A stretch of DNA of 64,000 nucleotides from an uncultured delta proteobacterium (GCA_963793865.1 CAWCBP010000012.1:96001-160000); one strand, 5' to 3'; numbered from the stretch's first letter, positions 20,423-30,736 are shown. The notes: generated by a model from the letters alone, not told the origin. Program-made: numbers and translations.

Positions 20423-21859
20423 TCAGGCAGCCCGGTATTGCAAGGCCAGCTTCTTGATGAGGCCGGCATAGTGTTCCAGGACATCCGGGTTGCGGCTGGC
20501 CCAGCCGGCAACCGTTACGCAGTAGTCGCCGCCGCCGTTTTCGATCGCTATCCAAATCTTTCGGTGAGCAAGCATAAACATCAGGGAAAAGCCGGCAATG
20601 GCAATCCCCGCGCCGGTCCAGATGAGACCTGCTCCCGGCTCGGTGCTGACGATGAGGCGCATGAAGCTGGATGCGCTTTCACAAGCTTCGATGCCGTCAA
20701 GGCGGAACTCATACTCTTTATCCCATGGTTGTGCGGGTCTCCCGGCATGAGCGGTGACCCGCGGTTTATAGAGGAGAGCGTTGTTATTCCCGTATACCTC
20801 AAGTGTGACCATGCATGATGCCTGGCAGGCAGACGATGTTTTCTGAAAAGAATCCGCGTGGAAATGATGGCTGAAGAAAATATCTTTCAGGCGAACGGTG
20901 TGTCCCGTCTCCGGAATGGTACAGCACTGATAGCGCTTCAGGGTAAATGACCTGCGCTTGCCGACTCCTTGTGGTGACAGGATTGACAGGATTATTTGAT
21001 GGCTGTCCTTGCCGGGAGATCGTGACTGACTGATGCGAATGCCGTCCCTGGTAATGGTCCGGTATCCCTCCAGCTTCTCCCGTACTTCTTTTTTGTCTTC
21101 CTGCAACAGCGTGACCTTCGTTTGATATATTGCTTGAGAATGATCGCTGCTTCCCGATGTTGATCCGACCGGCTCGCATTCGTCAAGCCTGATGGCGTAG
21201 TCAAGCCTTCTAAAGCATGGGTTGCCGTTTTCTTTGAAGAAAACCCTGTCGTCGCTTTCTCCCTCTCTGAGATACATCTCGCCTGATTGCGAGTAACTTC
21301 CCCAAAACCCCCCTGCCAGCACCATCAGAAGGCCGCTGTGCGCCAGGTAAAATCCCCCATGGTAAAGCCTGCCCCGCTGGCAGAAAAAAACAGATCCGGT
21401 TGTGCTGTGGTGTACCGATGGTCTGGATAGTTTTTTGGCCAGAAGACTGTAAAGGGCCGGGTAGAATCCCTCCCGCAGGAAGGCCACAGTAAAGGTATCC
21501 CGGAAAAGCGGTGAAGACGGCATTGTGCGTCTCTCCGCAGACCTGCTGAGAGAAAGAGCCTTGAGCGTTCCCGGTATGCGTTTTGCCATGCAGGCAATCA
21601 GGTTCAGGATAAACAGGATGAGCAGCATTTTGAAAAAGCGGGAGGCATCAACATCAGTGGAAAAGCAACCATTAAGAAGATTGCTGACACTGCCGCTTCC
21701 GGGCAGATGAATAGCTCTAACAAAGGAAATAATCCCGCCCTTCATGAGATCCGCAAGCATGGTGAGTAAAAACATGACCAGCAGAATAATGGTAAAGTTG
21801 ATTGAAGATATAAAAGTGAAGATGCGGTTTAGAATCCTTTTCACGCCGTCCCTGCGCAC
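20423..21859 (-). CDS. resB: Cytochrome c biogenesis protein ResB
   Basis: LNLIAC..R, 'GFYLAHSG', large periplasmic region, EPG...W.G and C-terminal HRKIW. Confidence 0.88.
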   Translation of the reverse strand: MRRDGVKRILNRIFTFISSINFTIILLVMFLLTMLADLMKGGIISFVRAIHLPGSGSVSNLLNGCFSTDVDASRFFKMLLILFILNLIACMAKRIPGTLKALSLSRSAERRTMPSSPLFRDTFTVAFLREGFYPALYSLLAKKLSRPSVHHSTTGSVFFCQRGRLYHGGFYLAHSGLLMVLAGGFWGSYSQSGEMYLREGESDDRVFFKENGNPCFRRLDYAIRLDECEPVGSTSGSSDHSQAIYQTKVTLLQEDKKEVREKLEGYRTITRDGIRISQSRSPGKDSHQIILSILSPQGVGKRRSFTLKRYQCCTIPETGHTVRLKDIFFSHHFHADSFQKTSSACQASCMVTLEVYGNNNALLYKPRVTAHAGRPAQPWDKEYEFRLDGIEACESASSFMRLIVSTEPGAGLIWTGAGIAIAGFSLMFMLAHRKIWIAIENGGGDYCVTVAGWASRNPDVLEHYAGLIKKLALQYRAA

Positions 21860-21868
21860 CAGGCTTTG

Positions 21869-23367
21869 CTATCCTGACCTGGCGCATGAATACAATTCTC
21901 TGTTTTGAATCATTGGCAACTCGTTTTTGAGATTACCTTGTTGGATTTCGTGAGGCATGGATCCCATGGCGGACATGTGATTGCGCAGAAAGGAGTTTTG
22001 CATCATGGCCTTTAATCCCTTGAAAAGCATGCTCTTCTTACATTCATCCTCCAGCGCATTCCACTGCGGCAGTTTTTTTTGATAGTATGTTTTGTAGCAC
22101 CGCAATGCCTCCTGAAATACTTCATCGCGGGTCATGCTGCGCGGTTTTATGACGGGGTTACCAGGTTGTAGTTGCTGTAGTCCCAGTCCTCGATATAGGG
22201 TTTCAGATCCCGGTATATGTCAGCATAAGGCCAGGGGGTTATCATGAGGAAATGAGGATTATCCGCGTTATAGTGTTGAGCCAGATCGAGGGTCTTCTGT
22301 ATCGATTGTGGCGTCTCGTGTGGCAGGCCCAGGATAAAAGAGCACTCGGTTATGATATGGTGCTCGTTCAGAAGCCGGATGGCCTCGCGGCATTCCCGGC
22401 AGGTCTGGGATTTTTTAAAGATATCAAGAACCGTCTGGTCCGCCGACTCGACGCCGATGAACATATGAACGATGCCGGCCTTGCGATACTTGAAGAGAAT
22501 GTCTTTATCTCTGACAATATCTCCGGCGCGGGTCTCGGCCAGCAGGTATATGCCCAGGTCTTTTTCTATCAGCAGGTCCAGGATTGCCTCCCAGCGTTCC
22601 CGGTCGCAGGTGGGATATTCATCAGCAATGAAAAAGGCGTTCACGCCAAAGCGGTGAAAGAGGTATTCTATTTCCCCGACAAAGTTTTGCGGACTCCTCG
22701 CGCGATAGGACTGCTGCCAGAATTTCTGCTGTGAACAGAAAGCGCAGCTGTTGCCGCAACCTCGCGAAGAGGAAACAAGGGCCACCTTTGCATCCTCAAG
22801 GAAGCTCAGGTAGTAGTCTTCCCAGCAAAGAAGATCCCAGGCAGGAGAGAGCGAATCAAGGTCATCCATAAATTCCCTTTGTGGTGTCATGATAATCTTT
22901 CCACCCTTCCGGTATGCAATCCCTTTAACCTCTGACAGTTGCCTGTTTCCCTCAATGGCGTCCAACAGTTCCGTGGTTGTATATTCGCCTTCCCACCTGA
23001 CAATGTAATCAATGACCCCGTTTCCCTGCTGCAGGGTTTCTTCGGGCATCATGGTGGGGTGGATGCCGCCGATGATGGTTATGATCTGCGGATCGATGGA
23101 TTTGGCCAGGGCGAGCACCCGGGTGGCATCGCGGATGGTGGCGGTATAGGCGGTGGAGCCGACGATATCCGGCCGTGACTCGGTGATGCGCTTGCTGATG
23201 TCCACATAGGTGTGGTCCTTTGCCATGGCGTCATAGATTTCAACTTCGTGCCCGGCATTTCTCAGCTCACCGGCTATATAAAGGAACCCCAGGTTGGCCC
23301 ACCTTCCCGCCGATTCAACCACCCCGCAGTGATAGGGCGGGGTAATAAGCAGTATCTTCTTTCCCAT
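21869..23367 (-). CDS. Cobalamin-binding radical SAM protein, with an apparent 1-nt deletion at ~22155
   Basis: B12 domain (GGIHPT) and SRGCGNSCAFC (CxxxCxxC). Adding one C in the CCCC run joins it to ORF 21869-22135 (..VTPVIKPRSMTRDE). Confidence 0.88.
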
Positions 23368-23421
23368 GCATTTCCTCCCTGAATGCAATGCCACTCTTCA
23401 GCACTGGCGCATTACTGCATG

Positions 23422-23436
23422 GCAACAAGCGTGCCA
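23422..23436 (-). promoter_or_regulatory. Sigma54 (-24/-12) promoter of the radical SAM-resB-ccsB operon
   Basis: Minus strand TGGCAC-GCTTG-TTGC, a consensus match 55 nt upstream of the ATG. Confidence 0.8.
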
Positions 23437-23660
23437 GGGAAGAAAATGCGGACAAGACCGCTTTAATCCCGTGATGTCAAAACTGTTTTTTTATGAGGGA
23501 GCGGTTTTAAGAGAGGATGTAGTGGAAAGAGATGCAGGAGTGGTTGTAGCCCGATTAGTACAGGCTCAGGAAAAGTAATTGCCCAACTGCGGGAAAAGGT
23601 TTTACTAAATAGAGGCTGTACGATAGGTCAACAGTGCGTAAAAGGATATATACGAGACTT

Positions 23661-23954
23661 GGGGACGTTGTTGACTAAGTGGAATAAGTTGTGCCGCTCA
23701 AGAATCGCATAGACCACGAACGATACCCTGCCCTCAGAACAATCTGCTTAAAATCCTGTCAGTATCCTGCCTGTAACACCATTCATCCAACAGCTTTTTC
23801 CCGAAACATGAACCCTACAGAGAGCATTGAATACAAGCAAGGATGATCGCAATCATGTTATATAAACGCCGGGTTAATAAAGACACTTGCCGCTGCTCTT
23901 GCGAATGAACTAAATTAAATCAAAGGTCAATTCCACTTAGTCAACAACGTCCCC
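23661..23954. mobile_element. 294-bp non-coding MITE-like element, copy 1
   Basis: Ends GGGGACGTTGTTGACTAAGTGGAAT / ATTCCACTTAGTCAACAACGTCCCC are identical to those flanking the transposase at 33157. Confidence 0.88.
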
Positions 23955-23979
23955 AATTATGGTTTTTGTATAAAACATA

Positions 23980-24007
23980 TTGACATTTGTAAATTGAAAG
24001 ATACAAT
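23980..24007 (+). promoter_or_regulatory. Sigma70-type promoter, probably leaderless transcript
   Basis: TTGACA-16nt-TACAAT, ATG 6 nt after the -10 box, no RBS. Confidence 0.6.
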
Positions 24008-24013
24008 TGCAAT

Positions 24014-25183
24014 ATGCAAACTTATATTCCCCGCCGCATCCAATCACAGATAAAAGAACACCTCATCAATTTCCCGGTAGTTGCCATCCTGGGGCCGCGG
24101 CAATGCGGCAAATCGACATTAGCCCGCGCCATGGTACAGAAATACAGAAACAGTGTTTATCTGGATCTGGAGCGCCCATCTGATGTAAGGAAACTTCAGG
24201 ATCCCGAGCTCTTTTTTAACATGTATGAGGATAACTTAATCTGCCTGGATGAAATACAGCGGACTCCGGATATTTTCCCGGTGATGAGAAGTATTGTTGA
24301 TGAGCATAAGAAAAAGGGTCATTTTTTGATTCTGGGCTCAGCCTCCCGCGACCTGATAAAGCAGAGTTCCGAATCACTGGCAGGTAGAATTGCATATATG
24401 GAGCTGACACCCTTTGTATACCCCGAGCTTGCCGCCGTAAAGAAAAAAGCGGTCAGCGGTCTTGAGAAATTATGGTTGCGGGGGGGCTTCCCAGAAAGTG
24501 TGCTTGCGCGCAATAATGAAGCAAGCATGCAGTGGCGAGAAAATTTTATCCGGACGTTTCTTGAACGGGACATCCCCCAGCTGGGATTTCAAATTCCCGC
24601 CCAGGCAATGCAACGATTGTGGAGAATGATCGCGCATAATCACGGGCAGGTTCTCAACGCTTCGAAACTGGGTCAGTCGCTCGGCATCAGCCATACAACC
24701 GCCCGCTCCTACATTGATCTCTTGTCACAAACATTTATGGTAAGAATCCTGAGCCCTTTCATACCGAATGTTAAAAAGCGATTGATTAAATCACCGAAAG
24801 TTTACATCAGGGATTCGGGAATATTGCACGCGCTTTTGGAAATTGAAACCATGGATCACCTTCTCGGTCATCCTGTCTATGGCTTTTCATGGGAGGGTTT
24901 TGTAATCGAGAATATCCTTTCCTTTCTTCCTGACTGGAAAGCGGCTTTCTACAGGACCTCATCAGGCAACGAAATCGACCTGATTATCGAGAAAGGCAGG
25001 AAACGGCTCGCCATAGAGTGTAAGGCTTCCTCGGCGCCGTCAGCTTCCAAGGGCTTGGACTTGGCGCTGCAGGAACTTCACATTGAAACGGCATGGATTA
25101 TAGCGCCCGTTGCTGAGGCGTTTCCCATAAGCAAAAATATTACCGTATCGCCCCTCATGCATTTTCTTAAAGCCGTACAATAA
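24014..25183 (+). CDS. AAA+ ATP-binding protein (AAA_14 + DUF4143 type)
   Basis: GPRQCGKS, LDEIQ, LGSAS, RGGFP, KSPKVYIRDSG, EIDL...IECK. Confidence 0.9.
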   Translation: MQTYIPRRIQSQIKEHLINFPVVAILGPRQCGKSTLARAMVQKYRNSVYLDLERPSDVRKLQDPELFFNMYEDNLICLDEIQRTPDIFPVMRSIVDEHKKKGHFLILGSASRDLIKQSSESLAGRIAYMELTPFVYPELAAVKKKAVSGLEKLWLRGGFPESVLARNNEASMQWRENFIRTFLERDIPQLGFQIPAQAMQRLWRMIAHNHGQVLNASKLGQSLGISHTTARSYIDLLSQTFMVRILSPFIPNVKKRLIKSPKVYIRDSGILHALLEIETMDHLLGHPVYGFSWEGFVIENILSFLPDWKAAFYRTSSGNEIDLIIEKGRKRLAIECKASSAPSASKGLDLALQELHIETAWIIAPVAEAFPISKNITVSPLMHFLKAVQ

Positions 25184-25409
25184 AAACTGTCCAGCCTGTG
25201 CCAGGTGCTTGAGTGAAGAATAATTGCTTTTTTAACCTCGGAAAAGCTATTATTGGGCCATTATAGGTGGCAAATAGGGAGCTTAAGAAAATAATATCAA
25301 CCGGTTAGCTTGGCCCGACCCCATGTGATGCATGCTCCATTTAAGCATGGTGTCCCAGGAACTTTAAACGGCGCCTCACTGCCCTCTGCAAACAGGTCGT
25401 GCACGATGC

Positions 25410-26454
25410 TTATTGATCCTGAAAATAACCGCCTGCTCTCCAGTCGCTAATCCCTGTTGCACTTCGGGAAGCTCCCCCACTCTCACTTGCAGAGTCACCC
25501 TTGCAGTATTGCCTAATCCCCCGCTCACGCTGGAACCAGCACCGCTTGCTGTATTGAGTCCTCCTCCGCTTACGCTGGAATATGCTTCGCTCGTGCGATC
25601 TGACAAATCCGGATCTCCTGCTAAGTTCAAAGAGTCTCCCAGCACCGTTGAATAGTTTGCAAATGCCGTATTTCCACTTAATGCCGTATCGTAACCACCA
25701 CCGCCCACAAAGGCATAATCCCCGCTGGCCACATTATACCTGCCCCCGCTTACGCTGGCAGCCTCGCCGCTTGCAGCGTTATCAGATCCTCCGCTGACGC
25801 TCGCATATTGACCGCTTGCCTGGTTGTTATACCCTCCGCTCACGCTGGAATAAGTATTGCTCGCTCTATTTGCTGATCCGCCGCTTACACTGGCATGCTG
25901 GCCGCTTGCCGTATTGCCACATCCTCCACTCACGCTGGCATAGGGTCCGGAAATGGTATTGCTGATGCCTGTTACCATTCCCCCATACGAAGAATAATTA
26001 TGCCATCTGCCGACCACAACATTGTGTGAACCAGTGCGAACATCCCCGCTGCCGCGAAGCTCGTTGTAGCTTACAATCAGGTTTCCCAGACCATTGATTG
26101 GTTCACCGGTATTGCCGCTGCCGTTTACAATCTGTACATTCACTCCGCTGAACCGGATCGTATCCTGTCCGTTCACGAGCAGTCTTGTTACATTGGCCAG
26201 CAGCGCTTCTAGTTGCGTAATCCTCATTTCCAGTTGCTCGGCGGTCTGGCACTCGATCACCGGGCAGGGATCCAGCAATGAACTTCTGCCGAAATCCGAC
26301 TTGAACACGAAGGCATCGGTACCATCCTGGTCCAGATCATTATCGAAATTGCCCTCACAGTAGTCGATTGGTTGTGCCATGACGACAGGCACTGATGATG
26401 AAAACAAAAAAGCTGCTGCTACCGCAAAGACCATCTTCCCATCAACCGTTTCAT
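25410..26454 (-). CDS. Secreted 14-aa SGG-repeat (beta-roll-like) protein, paralog A, with two apparent homopolymer indels (~26438 and ~25499)
   Basis: After correction it starts MKRL like paralog B and ends SGGASRSATGISDWRAGGYFQDQ, matching the C-terminus of B. Confidence 0.75.
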
Positions 26455-26832
26455 CGTCGTACCCCCATAAAAAATCCCCGCTTCATTCCATGACCACCAT
26501 GGTCTAAGAAAAAGCGGGGTGTTTTCTTGCAAAAGGCTTTGAGGACACTTCATTCCCCTCCCGGCTCTTAATGCATTATAATCTAATCATAAAATGTCTC
26601 CATTTTCAAGGCCAAATCTGAAACCCGGCTTTGTGATACTGGTTCGGTTGTGGGATCGAACGTAGCCACATGCTGTCAGCTTGTGCCTCCCTTGTGCAGC
26701 TGATTGTACAGAAGCACCATAAGTACGCAGGCTGAAGCCTGCGACTACTGCCTTCTGACACCGGCATTCTGATTGTAAAGATTTCTCGCTGAGCTCGAAA
26801 TGACAAAACGGGTGTGTTCCCAGTAAAAAGAA

Positions 26833-27126
26833 GGGGACGTTGTTGACTAAGTGGAATAAGTATTGCCGCTCAGCAATAGCATAGACCACGAACGATACCC
26901 TGCCCTCAGAACAATCTGCTTAAAATCCGGTCAGTAGCCTGCCTGCAGCACCATTCATCCAACATCGTTTTTCCGAAACATGAATCCTGCATATAGCATT
27001 GAATACAAGCAAGAATGATCGCAAGCATGTTATGTAAACGCCGGATTAATAAAGACAGTTGCCGCTGCTCTTGCGAATGAACTAAATTAAATCAATGATC
27101 AATTCCACTTAGTCAACAACGTCCCC
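26833..27126. mobile_element. 294-bp non-coding MITE-like element, copy 2
   Basis: Same terminal IRs. Ungapped alignment to copy 1 with 23 substitutions by manual count, none in the IRs. Confidence 0.88.
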
Positions 27127-27181
27127 AATTATGGTTTTTTTGCCGGAATTCTTCACCCTCCGCAGACCGGATGCATGGTGC

Positions 27182-28504
27182 TTAATTATACTCATACAAA
27201 GTGCCTGCTGTCCAATCCTCACTGCCTGTCGCACTTCGGGCAGCACCTCCGCTCACGCTGGAGCAATAGGCGCTGGCTTGGTTAATGTCCCCCCCGCTCA
27301 CGCTGGCACCCCAGCCGGTTGCTTGACCATCCCGACCGCCACTAATGCTGGCATAATCACCGCTTGCGTAATTTCCATTTCCCCCGCTCACACTTGAAGC
27401 ATCACCACGCGCTGTATTTCTTTCCCCTCCGCTCACACTGGAATTTTCTCCAATTGTGTGATCTGTCAGGGCTCCATCTCCTGCTACGTTATCTCTTCCC
27501 CCAAGCACCGCTGAATAATGAGCAAATGCTGTATTTCCATATCCTGCTGTGTCGGCACCACCACCACCACCAACAAAGGAATAATCACCGCTGGCCACAT
27601 TATATCTTCCGCCGCTCACACTGGCACCCCAGGCGGTTGCCGTATTATTGAACCCGCCGCTCACCGTGGAACGGGAGCCGCTTGCTATATTATATTGCCC
27701 TCCGCTCACCGTGGCTGACTGGGCAAAGGTATGGTCGATGAGATCCGGATCGCCGGTAAGATTACTGCGGCCGCCCAGTATTGCTGTATAATGACCGAAT
27801 GCCTGATTTCCATCAGATGCACTGGTATATCCACCTCCGCCTACGAAGGAGAAATCACCGCCGGCTTCATTATACCTGCCGCCGCTCACGCTGGCATAAG
27901 CGCCGCTTGCAGTATTAACTGTTCCTCCGCTCACATTGGTGCCAGAAGCACTTGCTATATTACCGGCTCCCCCGCTCACGCTGGCATAGGATCCGGAAAT
28001 CGTATTGTGGCGGCCTACTACCAGCCCACCATAGGATGAATAGTTGTGCTCTGCACCGACCACAACATTGTGAGACCCGGTTCGATTGTCACCGCTGCCG
28101 CGAAGCTCGTTATATCCCACAATAAAGTTGCCCAGACCATTCGTGGTTCCGCCTGTTGTCCCGCTCCCATTAACGATATGAACATTCACTCCGCTAAAGG
28201 TGATGTCGTTCCCGTCCCTGGTCACATTTGCCAGCAGAGCAGTCAATTGTGCCACCTGCGTTTTTAGCTGCTCAATCTCAATTCCTAATTCTTCGGCCGT
28301 CTGGCATTCGATCACCGGGCAGGGATCCAGGAGTGAGCTCCTGCCGAAATCGGACTTGAACACAAAGGCATCCGAGCCATCCTGGTCCGCATCGTTGTCA
28401 AAATTGCCCTCGCAATAGTCAATCGGTTGCGCCATGACAGGAGATACTGATAGTGAAACCATAAACCCGATTACCATTGTGAACACGAATATCAATCTCT
28501 TCAT
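27182..28504 (-). CDS. Secreted 14-aa SGG-repeat (beta-roll-like) protein, paralog B
   Basis: Signal peptide, dockerin/EF-hand-like CEGNFDNDADQDGSDAFVFKSDFGRS, short coiled coil, then many ASVSGGxxNxASGx repeats. GGAGG RBS. Confidence 0.8.
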   Translation of the reverse strand: MKRLIFVFTMVIGFMVSLSVSPVMAQPIDYCEGNFDNDADQDGSDAFVFKSDFGRSSLLDPCPVIECQTAEELGIEIEQLKTQVAQLTALLANVTRDGNDITFSGVNVHIVNGSGTTGGTTNGLGNFIVGYNELRGSGDNRTGSHNVVVGAEHNYSSYGGLVVGRHNTISGSYASVSGGAGNIASASGTNVSGGTVNTASGAYASVSGGRYNEAGGDFSFVGGGGYTSASDGNQAFGHYTAILGGRSNLTGDPDLIDHTFAQSATVSGGQYNIASGSRSTVSGGFNNTATAWGASVSGGRYNVASGDYSFVGGGGGADTAGYGNTAFAHYSAVLGGRDNVAGDGALTDHTIGENSSVSGGERNTARGDASSVSGGNGNYASGDYASISGGRDGQATGWGASVSGGDINQASAYCSSVSGGAARSATGSEDWTAGTLYEYN

Positions 28505-28518
28505 ACCATCCTCCCGCA

Positions 28519-28570
28519 AAAAAAATTCCCGCTTCATTCCCTGACCACCATGGTCAGCGGTAAAGCGGGG
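28519..28570 (-). promoter_or_regulatory. Conserved 5' leader hairpin followed by a U-tract (attenuator/terminator-like); second copy at ~26468-26519
   Basis: Minus strand ccccgcttt..ctgacca-tgg-tggtcag..aagcggg-aatttttttt directly before the RBS, conserved upstream of both paralogs. Confidence 0.55.
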
Positions 28571-28900
28571 TTATCTCTCACAAAAACATCATGTGTGCCA
28601 CTCTATTCCCCTCCGGATTATCACGTATCGTAATTTAATCATAAAATACCTGTTCCCTCAAGGACTAAAAACCCCACGGACTGCGGGATTCTTAATTTGG
28701 CTGTGCGGAGAGAAAATCCTAGACCGCTCACGCAAAAGGTGCTACAAATATGGGTAACATCGAAGGTTGCCTGTTATCCGCGTTCAACGATGTAGAGCGG
28801 CTGTCTGAACTGTTGTTGCTTCACCTGGAATACGACCTGCCGGACGGTCATCAAACGTTCTGTTTCATCCCCCTGGCCAGGACCGGAATGGAGTAAACGG

Positions 28901-30070
28901 TTGGTGTTTTATACAAAACGATTCCTGAAATTGTTCCTGATCATCGTTCTGCCCTGCTGTCACTTGATCGTCCCGGGTTTCTCCGAAGGGCGGCCGGCGC
29001 CGAGCGTTTATGTTACCGCCCGGTCCGCCATTCTTATCGATGCCGCCACCGGCGAGGTCCTCTTCGAAAAAGCCGCCGATGTTCCGCTGCCGCCCGCCAG
29101 CACGACCAAGGTCATGACTGCCCTGATTGCCCTGGAGCAGAAATCCCTCAGCACCGTTATGCCGGTGAGCAAAAATGCGAGCAGCGTCCCTCCCTGTAAA
29201 ATTTACGTCCGCGCCAATGAGCAGTGGCCACTCGATAAGCTTCTGTACGGCATCCTCCTGAAATCCGCCAATGATGCGAGCGTGGTCATTGCCGAAGGAA
29301 CCTCCGGCTCGGTGGAAAAATTCGCCGATCTCATGAACCGCAAGGCCATTGAAATCGGCGCCCGCCACACCCACTTCGTCAATCCGCACGGGTTGGACGC
29401 GAGCGGGCACTATACGACAGCGCGGGACCTGGCGCTTATATTTCAATATGCCGGAAGGCAGCCGGTTTTCCGCCAAATCGCGGGAACCAGGACCATGTCC
29501 ATCACCAACCCCAGGTCACGGACTGTTTTCCTTAAAAACCACAACCGGCTGCTGGGAACCTACCCGGGGATGCTGTACGGGAAATCCGGTTATACATCGA
29601 AAGCCAAACGCTGTTTTGTCGGACAGGCCTCCCGCGGGGGAAGGGACCTCATCGTCTGCGTCCTGGGGTCACAGAATCATTTTAAGGATGCGGCCCGCCT
29701 GCTCGATTATGGTTTTAAGACTGCACCAGAACCTCGTTTCGCCAAACTGGAGAGGGACACATCAGTTACCGATGCGGCTCCGGCATCAAAGAGCCGGGGA
29801 TTCGTCATCCAGGCGGCCTCTTTTTCTGACCGTGCCAGGGCCGCTGATCTTCACGACATGCTGATAGCTCACGGGTATCCCTCATTCATTGAAACGGTTT
29901 TTTTCGGCAGTGACGGAACCCGTCACCGGGTCAAGGTGGGGTATTACACGGAACGGGAATACGCTGAAAAAACCCGGTACCGGCTTGTCAAAGATTTCAA
30001 CCTGCGTCCTCTCATATCGTTTGAGCAGGAGGACGTACAGACGAAGAGCGCTGCACAGCCCGGGGCGTGA
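28901..30070 (+). CDS. D-alanyl-D-alanine carboxypeptidase (peptidase S11) with C-terminal SPOR domain
   Basis: PASTTK (SxxK), SAND (SxN), FVNPHGL, GKSGYT and C-terminal 'FVIQAASF...HRVKVG'. Confidence 0.9.
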   Translation: MVFYTKRFLKLFLIIVLPCCHLIVPGFSEGRPAPSVYVTARSAILIDAATGEVLFEKAADVPLPPASTTKVMTALIALEQKSLSTVMPVSKNASSVPPCKIYVRANEQWPLDKLLYGILLKSANDASVVIAEGTSGSVEKFADLMNRKAIEIGARHTHFVNPHGLDASGHYTTARDLALIFQYAGRQPVFRQIAGTRTMSITNPRSRTVFLKNHNRLLGTYPGMLYGKSGYTSKAKRCFVGQASRGGRDLIVCVLGSQNHFKDAARLLDYGFKTAPEPRFAKLERDTSVTDAAPASKSRGFVIQAASFSDRARAADLHDMLIAHGYPSFIETVFFGSDGTRHRVKVGYYTEREYAEKTRYRLVKDFNLRPLISFEQEDVQTKSAAQPGA

Positions 30071-30136
30071 GGGGAAGCGCAGCGGGAATTTTTCTAACCC
30101 AAAGCAGGTTCTTATCCCTTGATCAAGGGGTGTGCC

Positions 30137-30496
30137 ATGGCATGTCATCGAATACCCAAAGAACAGGCGATGGATTTAAAGCCCTCGGACGTCACCGGCA
30201 CCGTCAGCGATCTGGCCCTGGTTACCAAGGCCATCGATAAGCCGATCAGCCAACACATGACCGCCGGTTATCTTGAGCTGAAGCCGGGATATGACCGGGA
30301 GCTGAAAACGGAATACGAGGAGGTCAACGTTTTTCTGGAAGGATCACTGACCTATTCGTTTAACGGCGAAAGCTTCGTCGCCCGCAAAGGCGATCTGGTG
30401 TTGATCGAACAGGGGAGCCGTGTCCACTATACCACGGATGAAGGCTGCCTGGTATTCTACGCGCTCTATCCCCAGCTCAAACCGCGCCGGGTCTGA
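30137..30496 (+). CDS. Cupin-fold protein (EutQ-like)
   Basis: MTAGY, YEEV..FLEG.L and ARKGDLVLI..GS. Confidence 0.7.
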   Translation: MACHRIPKEQAMDLKPSDVTGTVSDLALVTKAIDKPISQHMTAGYLELKPGYDRELKTEYEEVNVFLEGSLTYSFNGESFVARKGDLVLIEQGSRVHYTTDEGCLVFYALYPQLKPRRV

Positions 30497-30533
30497 GGTG
30501 TGGGCGTGCGCGGGGCTCGCCGCATGCGCGCGT

Positions 30534-30610
30534 CCGGGGATGCCATACTTAATTCAGTATTGCGTTGGTTCTTTTAAGTTTTAATCCGCCATTTAGTATG
30601 GTGTCCCCGG
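30534..30610. repeat. 77-bp mini-element bounded by GGGGA-type inverted repeats
   Basis: ccggggatgccatacttaat / atttagtatggtgtccccgg. A solo related end lies at ~25339-25360. Confidence 0.6.
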
Positions 30611-30736
30611 AATTCTTCTCCGTCATCCCTGTTTTCTTCTTGCCATCCTCCTCAACGTATCAAATCTTCTATGTTTTGACGGAACCGTTTTTTATATAAT
30701 GCGCATGCCCTGACGCGGGGAAAGGTTCGATGTGTC

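Noticed and set aside
26587..26889. Short ORFs over repeat DNA (also 10699-10956, 11811-12041, 56459-56746, 61052-61402)
   Set aside because: They run through REP, MITE or heptamer tracts and have no convincing RBS or protein-like features.
27200..28000. 42-bp periodic repeats (ccgctcacgctggc) as CRISPR or DGR template/variable repeats
   Set aside because: They are in-frame coding repeats of the 14-aa SGG motif. No reverse transcriptase is present and I saw no adenine-specific variation pattern.
28715..28810. Possible structured RNA upstream of the carboxypeptidase (ccgctc/gagcgg, acatcg/cgatgt)
   Set aside because: Short helices in a single copy with no match to a riboswitch or ncRNA consensus I can recognise. 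An Rfam scan would be needed.
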